A stretch of DNA of 64,000 bases, taken from Malacoraja senta. Its lineage: Eukaryota. Positions 13,101 to 25,922 of the stretch are shown here, one piece after another. How positions within the stretch are numbered: the stretch's first letter is position 1; each line of letters opens with the position of its first letter. The notes below the pieces were generated by a model, which was not told the origin of the DNA, did no database searches, and saw only the letters and a list, made by a program, of their open reading frames with translations. The position numbers were made by a program, and so were the translations under genes. The stretch lies in the NCBI GenBank assembly GCA_038087875.1, contig CM075988.1, positions 13,642,001-13,706,000 of the forward strand. The letters are read 5' to 3'.

Positions 13101-14509
13101 GTCTGAAGCTGGAAGGACAAGAGTGGGAACACCACCAACTGGAAGTTGCCCTCCAAGCCACACACCATCCCGGTTGAAAATATATTGCTGTTTCTTCATT
13201 GTTGCTGGGTTCAAATCCTGGAAACGGCGATATTTCATAAACAAGCCTGCTCCCTGCTTGCAATCCTGCATGCATCCTTTAAATAGCTCCCTTTTCCATT
13301 GTACTTTTACAAATATCATTTAAAAAACCCCAAATATATTGCATAGATTTCTATTGACCTCTCAGAATTACAAAGTATTATATATGAATAAAATTAAGCT
13401 TATCATTTTCTATTCAAAATTCTCACAGATGCATGAAAGACTCTGTTTAAATAAAACCAAAAGCTTAATGGCTGGGCACACAGGAAAGTGAATACCTTCA
13501 ACTGATTGCGAAGGAGGAGGAAATTACCTCCTGAGAGAGAAGTGAGAATTGTTATCTGCAAACTGAAATAGTTTTGATGCAATGGGCCTAGGCCTATCTC
13601 CCTTTAATCATTTTGTTGGAAGATAATGTAGGAGTTGAATCCCTCTAGGTAACTGCCACACAGGAGTGTTCAGGCAGGATTGATGTCACAGCAAACATCT
13701 TACAGAGCTTTCCCCGGTGACTCTAATAATAGTGAAGTGAAGCTTCACTGCACTTCATGTAATGGTTTTTGAATGTTGAATTCCTGTGTTCTAATTCATG
13801 TTGTGCGGAAAGTGTGAAAAAGATAATGAGTTTCCAGAATGAAAATAGTACGTGGAGTGAAGATAAAAATGCCAGAAATTCACGTACATAGAATATGTAA
13901 ATAATCAAAGTTGGCTTCTGTTCCTAAAAAAGCTGTGCATGGTTGTGTATAAGACAACTAAACCTATCATTTCTAATACTTTCAGTTTGAAGATGGGTCC
14001 CAACACCAAACATCATCTGTCCATTTCCCTCCATCGATGCTGCCTTACCCGCTGATAGTTTGCTGCATTTGTGAGTGAACAACCCTCACATTTCCTTCCT
14101 TCAATCCCCTTTTTCATCCATTGATTTTTCTTCCCTTCTTGCCATCTCTATTGATTTCTTTCCCATCATACTCTGGTCACTTATTTTTTTAACCTTTCAC
14201 CACTGTTCCTCTTTTTCCTTCAGCGTTGTTACCATGTCAGTCTTTTCATAAACTTATTCACTTCTCCTACTACTTTGCCTGGATGGGTGCTAATTATGTG
14301 GGCTGTATCCCAAATATCTTCACAGGAAGCAAGCACTAGTATTTCTGTATTCACTGGATCCAAATTTTGCAAAGTGCATCTTCCATGCATCTTATGCACA
14401 GGAGGCCAGGTGAACCAGATAAACAAAACACTATCAATGTTTAAAAGGCAAATTTTTCTTGTGCAGTTATTTTGCTGCAATAAACTAGGGTCGATTACTG
14501 CTTGTCAAA

Positions 14510-15030
14510 GTCATAGAGTAATACAGTGTGGAAACAGGCCCTTCGGCCCAACTCGCCCACACCGGCCAACAATGTCCCATCTACCCTGGTCCCACTTGCC
14601 TGTGCTTGGTCCATAACCCTCCAAACCTGTCCTATCCATGTACCTGTCCAACTGTTATTAAACGATGGGGTAGTTCCAGCCTCAACTACCTCCTCTGACA
14701 GCTTGTTCCATACACCCACCACCCTCTGTGTGAAAAATACCCCTCGGATTCCTATTAAATCTTTTCCCCTTCACCATGAATCTATGTCCTCTGGTCCTCG
14801 AATCCTCTACTCTGGGAAAAAGACTGTGCATCTACCCGATCTATTCCGCTCATGATTTTGTTAACATCTATAAGATCTCCCCTCATCCTCCTGCGCTCCA
14901 TGGAATAGAGACCCAGCCTACTCAACCTCTTCCTGCAGCTCACACCCTCCAGTCCTGGCAACATCCTTGTAAATCTTTCCTGAACCCTTTCAAGCTTGAC
15001 AATGTCTTTCCTATAACTTGGTGCCCTGAA
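14510..15030 (-). mobile_element. CR1 3' fragment
   Basis: MLPGLEGVSCRKRLSRLGLYSMERRRMRGDLI plus CR1 tail. Confidence 0.88.
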
Positions 15031-15649
15031 CTGATAATGAAATAGCTATTCATTCATAGAATAACATTGCTACATAGCTTCTGTCATGATTTACTGTGAA
15101 CTGGGGTAATTATGAATACAGATACTCCCTGACATATGAATGCCCACACTTACGAAAGGCTGACATAATATTTAAAGTGTCTCTTTATACTTCAGCCATT
15201 TGTAAGTGCAAGTGTTTGGATATACGTATCAACACATAGTGAATTTAAAAAAAATGTGTACAAGCAGACATCCAAGATAAATCTTTGAACTAAACAAATG
15301 GGGATAGGCTGGTGACCACGGGGGACAGGGTGAACCCAGACACCGAGGACACATTAGTGAGTCCGGGTGCAGAAGATGGCTCAGTGACCCAGTGCAGTGA
15401 GAGAACAAGGTCTGTAACCTCAGGCACTTAGAACTTGTCATTGACACCAGCCACTGACATTAAGAACATGTCTAGACTTGAGACTGAACTGACATAGAAA
15501 TGGATTTCAGGAACGCCACCTACTCGAATGTCAGTGAGGTTATAATGGAAAAAATATTATTGTCAAAGGTCAAATATTCATAACCTGGACTCTGTACTCT
15601 ATTATTCATTGCACAATAAACCTAAAGGTTTCTTCTTTCGGTAATATAA

Positions 15650-15786
15650 GACTAATGTATCATTCAAGTACTTACTTTGGGCATTATAAGATTTTAATAA
15701 AAGTTTCTGACATTAGCTAATGTCTGAAACTTACTATATTAAAATCTCATAATGCCCAAAATATGTGCTTGAGTGATACATTAGTC
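15650..15786. repeat. Imperfect 137-bp palindrome
   Basis: gactaatgtatca...gacattag|ctaatgtc...tgatacattagtc, with no spacer. Confidence 0.9.
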
Positions 15787-16434
15787 AATTTAAACATTTT
15801 CATTAATTAATTGATGATCATTCAGCTCTGCTTTCCAGGTGATTGCCAAAGTCATTCAGACAACCTCGCTTAATTTTCACCCTAAGGTAATTTTAATTCT
15901 TTCTCAAAATATAGTCAAGGATATTAAAGTAATATGTTTTGAAGGCTTCACACAGTGGCAGTGCTATTCCCCACCAGAAAGGAAATGACAGGATGATTCT
16001 CCTGTCATTCAAGTCTGGTGACCACACTGTTGTAAGTGTCTAATATTGATTTCATGCCCATAATTTATATGCTACATGTAGTGACAATGCTTTTTTCCAG
16101 CCAGACTGGAAATGATTGGGTAATTCAATGTGCCAGTGACAGATGTGATCTGTTTGAGAGATTATCCGAGGTTAAGGAAATCTAATGTAATTTTAATCTG
16201 TGTCAAAAGTGGTACTTTTGGAAATGAGAAACTGCGGTACATGATGTTAACTTTCCTCCTGTGATTTTGCTACAGTTTGAAGTCTTGAGTGTTAAAACAG
16301 CATTCAGACAGTTTATTTACATGTAGAAAACTTTGGCAGGTTTTCACATCACTAAACTAAACTAAACTGCTGGCAAAAACGAAAGTAAACTAATCTAAAT
16401 CAATAGCATCCCTGAAACACATGCATCCCCTGCA

Positions 16435-16665
16435 CAGGAAGACACAAAGTGCTGGAGTACTCAGCGGGTCAGGCAACATCTCTGGAGAACATGGGTAGGT
16501 TACATTTCAGCTCAGGACCTTTCTTCAAACAGGCAGACTGAAGAAGGATCATGACCCAAATCATCACCTATCCACATGCTCCAGAGGTGCTGGCTGACCC
16601 GCTGAGTTACTCCAACACTTTGCGTTATCTTTTGTAAATCAGCATCTGCGGTTCCTTATTTCGAC
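16435..16665. mobile_element. Head-to-head inverted pair of Penelope-derived short repeats
   Basis: A minus copy at about 16435-16530 and a plus copy at about 16535-16665. Confidence 0.7.
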
Positions 16666-17436
16666 ATTTTCTGCATAGCGTTGATAAAGTAATCATGTAT
16701 CTCTCAGATCACCACGCCTTGGATCGTTACTAAATCCCTGGGGAAAATTCAAACATGGACTCCCTGTTTTTCATCCCCAGGCTTACGATAATGACATTTT
16801 TAGTCCATTAATGAAGTCAATAAGTTTGTCTATGGATTTTAGCTTACTTGAATATCCAAAAAGCACATTAAATTTTCACACATTACATTTTTGGGAAGCT
16901 TAAGAGTATTTGCTAAATTATTAGAGAAGGTCAGATTTGTGGGCAGCAGTAAGAGCTCAAGTGGCATGAATACTGGATGTGCAACGGATATTTGTTTTTC
17001 GCACAATATGCAGTATGTATCTGTTCAAAGTGGTCTGGCATACAAGGGCTGGAAGCTGTGCTGCATCTGCATCTGATCAATGGTTGAGGCCAGTGCACTT
17101 CTGGATGAACATATTAACCTTGTGAATGTACATGCTGGTTCAACAGAATGACTACAGGGCAAAATAAATTAAACCATGAGAATAGCTGGAGGTAGATTTT
17201 CCTGCTTGCCTCCCTTCTGTTTTGGCCTCTGTTTTTTACTCACTTGGGCTGTCATCGCGGTTGTTTTGTCTGTCATTCTTTGACCAATTCACACAAGCTG
17301 CACTCCATTTCTGTGTTATTTCCACCAACTCTTCCTGCTGTTGCCCATCACTGATTCCTTACAGAAGTTTTGCTTCAACACCCTACAGCAGAGCTTTTAA
17401 TATTCAACAATCTCAGTGAATGGCTTAACTATAAAC

Positions 17437-19584
17437 CAGGGCTGCCAACATTGGGTGAGAGTGAGAAATTGCGAGGGAGTGCAGCGACCGCGGGGGGGGG
17501 GAGGGGGGGGGGTATCCCCCCCACGGTAGGAAGCTTTTGCATTTTTCAGTTTGAAATTGTGGAATATGGTGCATACTTTTAACTTACACGTGATGCAACA
17601 TTTATGCTTCAAATTGGATTTGGTGTGAATAAGGTCAACAGGTGCAGCACATGAATGACCTTAGTATATTCATGTATGGAAATCAGATTATAATTCATAT
17701 ATAGAGCTGTTATGCATATATAGAGAAACAAAAACATAGAAACAAGGCAAGAGGAGTCAGACTTCCATCACTGATCTGCACAAATAAATCAATTAATCTT
17801 ACCCTTTGACTATAGAAACAAAATTAAAATAATGCCACATATTCAACCGTATATGGTTCAATGAAATTAAGATATATATGTAAAACATATATATGGAAAC
17901 AGGCCCTTCGGCCCACCAAGTCGACACCGACCGCAATCTATCATACACCAGTTGTATCCTACATGCCAGGGACAATTTACAGAAGCCAATTAACCTACAA
18001 ACCTGCACTTCTTTCAGATGTGGGAGAAACTGGAATTTCCACAGAAAACCATGTGGTCATAAGGAGAATGTACAAATACTGTACAGACAGCACCTGTAGT
18101 CAGGATCAAATCTGGGTCTGTGGTGCTGCAAGGCAGCAACTCTACCGATGCGCCACCGTGCCACCCCATTAATTTTTTTTTCTTTAAAAAATTTTATGGT
18201 GACACGTCAATAAAGATGAACACATGATTCTGATTACTTCCTTTAGTTGGATAACACACCTCTCCAGTCATTGTGTTTTATTGCTGGTTTTCAACCTCTT
18301 CAGTCTGAAGGTCTCGACCTGAAACATCACCTATTCTTTCTCTCCAGAGATGCTGCCTGTCCTGCTGAGTTATTCCAGCTTTTAGTGTCTATCTTCAGTT
18401 TAAACCACCATCTGCAATTCCTTCTTACACTCTTTATTAAGCGAAACGGGTCCTATTCTCATAATATTATTCACCTCAACTAAGTTTTTTCTTCACTTCC
18501 GTTGCTGCAGAGAATACAATTCCAGTTTTCAAATCTTTCTTCAAAGTGAAACAAAAATTCCAGCCCAGCCAATATGTTCATAAATCACCTCTGGATCCTC
18601 TCCAGAGCAATTGCACCCTTTCTACAGTGTGTCATAGTCTTACAGCATGCAAACAGGCCCTTCATCCCAACTTGTCCATGCAAATCAAGATGCCCCATCT
18701 AAACTAGTCCCATTTATCCGCTTTTGGCCCATATCCCTTTAAAGCTTGTGTGTGTCAGTGTGTGTGTAAGGGTGTGTGTTAGGTTGTGTGTGAAAGCGTG
18801 TGTTAGTGAAGCGGCGACAACACCCGGAGTGAGTGGAGACTTGGCGATGTCCGGGGAACATTTCCCTCTCCCTCCCCCCGGGAATGCGGGCCGGCCTAGG
18901 TGCTCTGTGTCCAGCTGGGCTCCGGGGGAGGTGAGGGTCAGTGACCCGGGGGTCCGGGGGAGGTGAGGGTCACTGACCCGGGGGTCGGGCATCGGACCAG
19001 AGCTATAGCCCAAGATTCATCCCCGCGGCTCCAGAGGAGGCACTGACGCTCCCATTCAACCGGTCCGCTCCAAGCTCCAGGCCGGGGTTTAAACTCCATG
19101 CGGTGTGGACAGAGCGGCCGGAGGTGAGGGTGGGAGGTGTGAGCAGTGCCTCAGGGGTCGTTGCTGGGACCACCGCCGTGTCTCACCTATCACACCATCT
19201 GCACAGGAATGTGAATGCGGGTGAGGCAGCATCCATAGAGCGGTGGACAAAAATGCTGGAGAAATGCTTGAGTCTGAAGAAGGGTCTAACTCAGACATAG
19301 TTGCTGCCTCACCCGCTGAGTTTCTCCCGCATTTTAGTCTACATTGCCAATTTAAATAGTGCACGATGGGCTGAAGCCAATTAAATTGCACGTTCTTTAC
19401 AGGAAACCCGCCGACAAAAACTATTCTCATTGGTGAGTGTGGAGGAGTGTGACTTTATTTATTTATTCATACATTTTTTAAAATATTTTTTTGAGCGTGA
19501 GAACTTCAGTCATCAGCGTGAGAGCGTGAGAATTTCCTCAAATGCGTTAGTCTCACGCTCAATGCGTGAGAGTTGGCAGCCCTG
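17437..19584. mobile_element. Non-autonomous TIR DNA transposon (hAT-like termini) carrying nested repeats
   Basis: Perfect 13-bp TIR cagggctgccaac/gttggcagccctg; tataaac on both flanks; subterminal cgtgaga repeats. Confidence 0.8.
17890..18165 (-). mobile_element. HE1-like V-SINE
   Basis: Reverse complement of the SINE family at 12801. Confidence 0.85.
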
Positions 19585-19690
19585 TATAAACTCTATTCCA
19601 ACTCTAGATTTGCTGATATAAAGACTGCCTCACTCCAGCTGCAGAGCTCTGACTATCTTTGCCAAACCCTGACTGAAATGTGTATCCACA

Positions 19691-19996
19691 CGGCACGGTG
19701 ACGCAGCGGTAGAGTTGCTGACTTACAGCGCTTCCAGCGCCGGAGACCCTGGTTCGATCCCGACTACGGGTGCTGTTTGTACGTTCTCCCCGTGACCTGT
19801 GTGGATTTTCTCCGAGATCTTTGGTTTCCTCCCACACTCCAAAGACGTACAGGTATGTAGATAAATTGACTTGGTAAATGTAAAAATTGTCCCAAGTGTG
19901 TGCAGGATAGTGTTGATATGCGGGGATCGCTGGTCGGCGCAGATCCGGCAGGCCGAAGGGCCTGTTTCCATGCTGTATCTGTGAACTAAACTAAAC
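19691..19996 (+). mobile_element. HE1-like V-SINE
   Basis: cggcacggtgacgcagcggtagag...ggttcgatccc...(ctaaa)n tail. Confidence 0.88.
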
Positions 19997-20214
19997 TTCC
20001 CGAGCTCCATCGATCATTCTGTTGCTCACATAGCTGGGTGCCGAAAACTCTTTGGCAATGATCCCAAATACCCACCCTCTCAATCCTATCCCAAAACATT
20101 TTTTTCTTCCTCCTCTCTTCTTTACTTGCCACCAGAATAAAAATCTGCATTTGTTAAAATTATATATTCATAAGATTTCTTGTACATATTATTGCAAGCT
20201 TTTGCTGTCTTCAC

Positions 20215-20398
20215 ATCTCTTGATGGTTTATGTAAAATGGAATACTTTGCAACATTGCTGCTGTCCTGTATGTGGAGACACTTTGCATACCGTGGGGGGA
20301 GGGGGGTGGTATGCAAAACGAAGAATATCACTGACTTGTCACATGTGGCAATAAAGTGTCATTCATTCATTCATTCATTCATTCATTCATTCATTCAT
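20215..20398 (+). mobile_element. LINE (Rex1/L2-type) 3' UTR remnant with (TTCA)n tail
   Basis: aataaa followed by (ttca)n. Confidence 0.55.
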
Positions 20399-21171
20399 GT
20401 TCCAACACCATTCCCCTCATTCCACTGCAGATTTCCATTCACTGCAGTCCCACACACTGAAGCCTAATGGCCATGCCACCATCTCTTCACTCTTTTAAAA
20501 CCCTTCAAAAAATGTCTGAATTCTCTTTTTTTCCAATCATCCTCCGTCTACTTTTCAGCTTCAAGGATTGTTGTCTATGCAGAGTGTGTTGTCTTGTCAT
20601 ACCACATTGAAGGCACCTCCTCACCCTTAGATGTTCTGCGTGTGTGTGTGCGCACCGTAGCATGGTCAATCACATTTTCAGTTATTGTCTTTTCAGGTCA
20701 ATAACATTTTTGTGATTATGTACACTATAGAAAATAAGTGGTTATCTGTTTCCATGGCAATGCTTCAGAATGCAGTCAAGTTTAATCTGCTTGCCTCATA
20801 AATCATGCATGATAGAGTCACTGTTTCTACTCAGACATTCTAAATCGAACTGATATTGCACGTGAAGAAAAGGCAAATATCTGTGGTTAGTTTATGTTGT
20901 AATACAGACAGTCGTCTGATGTTCAGAGAGCATCAGGTTCTGAGATGCACATAACCATTTTCTTTAAATGACCTTGGGCATGAGAACAAGATCGCGGAGC
21001 AGTCTGCACCATCATGAATATGTGTAGATGCAAAGACATTAATGTCCCTCCTAAAAACATGCAAGCATCACTGGGTATTACTATCTTTATGGTAGATCTT
21101 GTATATCACTTACAACTATGTTAACTGATTCTCAATGTTGTATTAGCTTAATCCTATTTTTGATTGACTAA

Positions 21172-22361
21172 AGGACCTGTCCCACTATGGCGACCTAATT
21201 TGCGAGTTTAGAAGAGTTTGTGCTCGCCACAAACTCGCAGCATGGTCGACATGTGGTCCCCGGAGGTCACTGTAACTCTTGTTCATGCTTGAGAGAAGTC
21301 CTGCATATTCGCGGCCTCAGTTTGGTCGTGGGAATTTTTCAGCATGCTGAAAAAATTTTCCGCGAGTAAAAATTTGGTCGGCAAGGTTCTTTTGAAATCA
21401 TAGTGCAGAGGCAGTGGGGTCGCCATGTGGGTTATAGGCAGTGAAGGTATCCAACGGCAATTTCCTTTCCTGACGGCATTTAATTGGCTCATTTGGAGTT
21501 TTCAGAACCAAGGAAAACCGACCGTAATGTTAAATGCCCGCTAAACTTTATTAAAAGTTGTCTAGGCTTCTTAAAGTTTCTCCCCCCCTTCATCCCCTCC
21601 TTCTTCCCCCCTCTTCTTTCCCCCCCTCTTCTTTTTCACCCCCCCTTCTTTCCCCCTCCCTTCTTTCCCCCTCCCTTCTTTCCCCCCTCCCTTTCTTTCC
21701 CCCCTCCCTTCTTTCCCCCTCCCTTCCTTCTCCCCCTCCCTTCTTTCCTCCCCCCCCTCCCTTCTTTTCCCCCCTCCCTTCTTTCCCCCCCTCCCTTCTT
21801 TCCCCCCTCCCTTCTTTCCCCCCCTCCCTTCTTCCCCCCCTCCCTTCTTTCCCCCCTCCCTTCTTTCCCCCCCTCCTTCTTTTCCCCCCTCCCTTCTTTC
21901 CCTCCCTCCCTTCTTTCCCCCCTCCCTTCTTTCCCCCCTCCCTTCTTTACCCCCCTCCCTTCTTTACCCCCTCCCTTCTTTCCCCCCCTCCCTTCTTTCC
22001 CCCCCTCCCTTCTTTCCCCCCTCCCTTCTCCCCCCCTCCCCTTCTTTCACCCCCTCCCTTCTTTCCCCCCCTCCCTTCTTTCCCCCCCTTCTTTCCCCCT
22101 TCTTCCCGTTCTCTAAAGGACTTACCGTACGCTGTGCCAGCCGTCTTTTATCTTCCTGTTCATCGCGGGTGTGAATTTCAGACAGTGCACCCATGCTTTC
22201 CCTGGCCCCTGCCTTTGTGATGTGTTTGTGTGTGTGTTGATGTTCGATCCAACTCGCGGTTTAATTGCTGACGGTCAATCAGACGAGGTATTTCAGGCGA
22301 GTGCCCTCGAGCTTGAAGTCAAAGACGGTTGCTGAAAAGTCGTGGTAGTGAGACAGGCCCT
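21172..22361. mobile_element. Non-autonomous Harbinger-like TIR element containing a polypyrimidine tract
   Basis: 16-bp TIR aggacctgtcccacta/tagtgagacaggccct with 2 mismatches. TAA on the left flank only. Confidence 0.6.
21578..22105. repeat. About 530-bp C/T-rich low-complexity tract, (CCCCCTCCCTTCTTT)-like units
   Basis: Almost purely pyrimidine on the + strand. Confidence 0.95.
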
Positions 22362-23974
22362 TGGACATATAATTGTTCAAAGTAACAATGTTCAGTGATC
22401 CTGCCTGCATAGGATTTTTCCATCTCCATCTGCAAAGAGCCTCCCAAAAAGAAACTTAAAGTTGGTGGCTTGTGCGTTTGAATGTCATCAAATCATCTAA
22501 CTTCTGGAATGAACTGAGCACAACCATTGTATTGTGATGGTACAACTGATTGAGCACAGCTGTAGGTAATTTCTTTGGCAATTCAAACATGGGAGCAGAG
22601 GTTAGTTGGCAACTTCATTGACAAATACATGGAATATGAGAATGTTGCAGACTTTCTGGAGCTAACAAGAGGAAAGCAAAACAGTTGGGCTTCATTGGGC
22701 TTCAAGGTTGTGCTGAGTGAAGCAGATAGTGGTTACAAGCTCCGTCCAAGTTATTTGACTCCATTCCAGAAATAGTTGGAAAAATAAATTTGGCTGTCTT
22801 ACAGAGATTGAATGGAAAATGTATTTATTATTTTTTACATTTTGATGAGTTCAAAATTATTTGCATTAAACTCAAATTGGCCTAATAGGGGGCAGTGTGC
22901 TTCAATTCATATGACTGCATTAAAATAAAGCACAATTCAACATTTATGAAGCTTGAGGGTAAATCTATACATATATAATTTAACAATTAGTCATCCCAAA
23001 TGAAAACGTTATGATTGGTGCCTGGCAAATTATTCTTTTGTCACCAAATAGTGCCAGATATAAAAGGCAAAAACCTTCCCATTCGGCATAATGATTGTAT
23101 TTATATTAGAGTGTGTCACTTTGCTTTGAAAATGTCCATCTTGTTTCTGGAATATAAAATAATCTTGACTGAAATAAGGTTTCCCAATGCAGTTCTCAAT
23201 TCTTTTTATTAATAAAGCTTACTCTAGGGTAAATATTGAAGCTAAATCTTGCCACTGCATCTCCCTTCATTATCTACTAAGATGCAGATGTTGCCTTATC
23301 TTCTATATTTACTTGGATTGAAAGATGAATTCAGTGTAAAAATTCCAGCTAATGAGCACTGTTTATCGTGCACGCGCTTTCCAGGTTCCAAGGATAAATT
23401 TTGATTTATGTTTAAACTTTGACACAAGCTAACCTTTATATTTTAAATGCAAAACTTCAAAGTTAATGAGCTTTAGGAAAGAGTTTGAAAAATAAAGCTG
23501 AGCCCATGGGAATCAACTCACAACCTTGTTTGCAAGTTTATTTCAGCTGGGTGAAGGTGGGAGTGAGGGGCATCAACCTCTGATCCGTACAGCAAGAAGC
23601 TCATGGATTGAGATGAGAGAAGACGGCAACAGGGATGTAAGTGCAAGTCATGGTAATATTAGTTTTATGCATGTGTCACGGGCGAGGCAAATGTTTATTT
23701 TCCATCTCAAATTCTCGTCCTGAGTGGAGTGGAATACAGGTAAGAGTCAACCACACTGGTGGATCTGGAGTCTCATAGAATCTAGAGTGGGTAAAATCAA
23801 CAGATTTCCTTCCCACGGGAGCATTATTCAACCAGATGTTTTTTTAACTGCAGCCTGATGTAGTAAATTAGTTTAATTATCACCATTAGATATTCAAGCA
23901 TTTTCCAAAATTTATGTAACTATTTGAATTGAATGCCACGAGGACGTTTGCAATAATGTTTACATTCAATAATT

Positions 23975-24253
23975 GGTGGTGCACCAATAGAGCTACTACC
24001 TCATAGCACCAGAGACCACGGATGCTGTCCGTATGGAGTTTGTACCATCTACACGTAATCTGTGTGGGTTTAACTGGCTGCTCCTGTTTGCTTGCACACT
24101 CCAAAGACTTTCAGGTTTGTGGGTTAATTGGCTTTGGAAATTTTTTAAGTTGTCCCTAGTGTAGGATAGTGTTAGTGTGCAGGGATCGCTGGTCAGTGAG
24201 CCGAAGGGCCTGTTTCCGCACTGTACCTCTAAACTAGAATAAAATTAACTAAA
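23975..24253 (+). mobile_element. HE1-like V-SINE (diverged)
   Basis: Family core and CR1-type tail. Confidence 0.8.
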
Positions 24254-24459
24254 TCCAGATGTCAGTACTTTTCAGGGGTTTATCCTGTATGCTATCACAT
24301 CCTACTGGCCACACCTACACACCATCAAGGTACTGTTCCAGTATTGGTATGAAATAGTCACAGCCAACAAACAGACCAACTTCACAACTCGTTCAGAAAT
24401 GAAGCAACCAAATTGAGGCTGTATAAATTTAAATAGTTATAAATTAGAATTGTTTAATT

Positions 24460-24760
24460 TAGTTTAGAGATACAGCTTGGAAACAGGCCCTTTGGCCCAC
24501 CGATCGATTCCTGCATTTTAACACTATCCTACACACTAGGAACAATTTTTACATTTACCAAGCCAATTTACCGACATACCTGTACATCTTTGGAGTGTTG
24601 GAAGAAACCGAAGATCTTGGAGAAAACCCAAGCTGGGTTTTCCACAGGGAAAACATACATACTCCGTACAGACAGCATTCGTAGTTGGGATCGAACCCGG
24701 GTCTCCGGCGATGCAAGTGCTGTAAGGCAGCAACTCTACCGCTGACCACCATGTGCCACC
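24460..24760 (-). mobile_element. HE1-like V-SINE
   Basis: Reverse complement of the family; B-box gggatcgaacc. Confidence 0.85.
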
Positions 24761-25464
24761 CTTGTGCCACCATGCCGCCCATGCCGCCCTCGTGCCACCA
24801 TGCCACATTGATGAACAAAATAGCTTGAAGTGAAATGTAAAAACAAACATAATAAAAAGTCTTGATAATAGTTGTGATCTACTAATTCATCGAAAAATGG
24901 AGACCACCTGTGAACATGGATCCCATTGGTTTATGATACCCATGTGATGGTTGAAAATGGAATGCCACAAATTATGTTCACTAAAGCCTTACATAGTTTG
25001 ATATCTTCAATATCTTTCCTGGCTGGGCTCCACACTCACTTTTATCTGTTTTCCCAGTTTTCGCTCCCGTCTAGGCCCATTGGTTTCATTTCTCACAACT
25101 TTTGGCCACAAGCATCCCACACACTCACTTGTTGAATGGGATAGAGAGAGAGAGTGAGTAACTACTGGTAATTATCTTAATGTAATTATCTTAACGTAAA
25201 ACCTCTCAATAACAAAGCATCACAGTCAGGAAAGGTAATCTGGTCCGTCAACAGCAGATTTCAAGAGCTGGTTCAGCAGGACATGGACTGCAGTGATGAA
25301 AGGTGGCTACATCAGCCACCAGAACCCATGCCCCATTGGGTTGCCAGTGGATTGGTGGACATGTGTATGTGCAGGATTCCCCTGAAGCTTGGTGGTAGGG
25401 TATAACGGAGAGACATAACGGGGTAATCTATTACCGCATTCTCCCAAAATCATTTCACCAGCCT

Positions 25465-25922
25465 CAGAATCAAAAGACGTTACTTTAGCAAGGAAATGAG
25501 GAGGAATTTCTTTGGTCTGAGGGTGGTGAATCTGTGGAATTCTTTGCCACAGAAGGCTGTGGAGGCCAAGTCAATTTTCAGATGGAGATAGATAGATTCT
25601 TAATTAGTACTGAAGCAATTGTTTCCAACCAATTGATCAGTCTGAAGAAGGGTTTCAGCCTGAAACGTTGCCTATTTCCTTCGCTCCATAGATGCTGCTG
25701 CACCCGCTGAGTTTCTCCAGCAATTTTGTCTACCTTCGATTCTCCAGCATCTGCAGTTTCTTCTTGAACTTCTTGATTAGTATGGGTGGCAGGAGTTATG
25801 GGGAGAAGACAGGAGAATGAGGTTAGGAGCGAGAGATAGATCAGCCATTATTGCATGGCGGAGTAGACTTGATGGCCCGAATGGCCTAATTCTGCTCCTA
25901 TCACTTATGACGTTATGACCTT
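25465..25922 (+). mobile_element. CR1 3' fragment split by a Penelope-derived insert (25610-25769)
   Basis: The insert is flanked by ttcttaattagta / ttcttgattagta. Confidence 0.8.

Noticed and set aside
15118..15545. Possible Tigger-like MITE
   Set aside because: Ends too decayed to define TIRs or a TSD.
20748..20761. RFX X-box-like gtttccatggcaat
   Set aside because: A single imperfect motif with no promoter context.
21484..22220. 210-220 aa Pro/Phe/Ser-rich ORFs
   Set aside because: Stop-free only because of the C/T tract.
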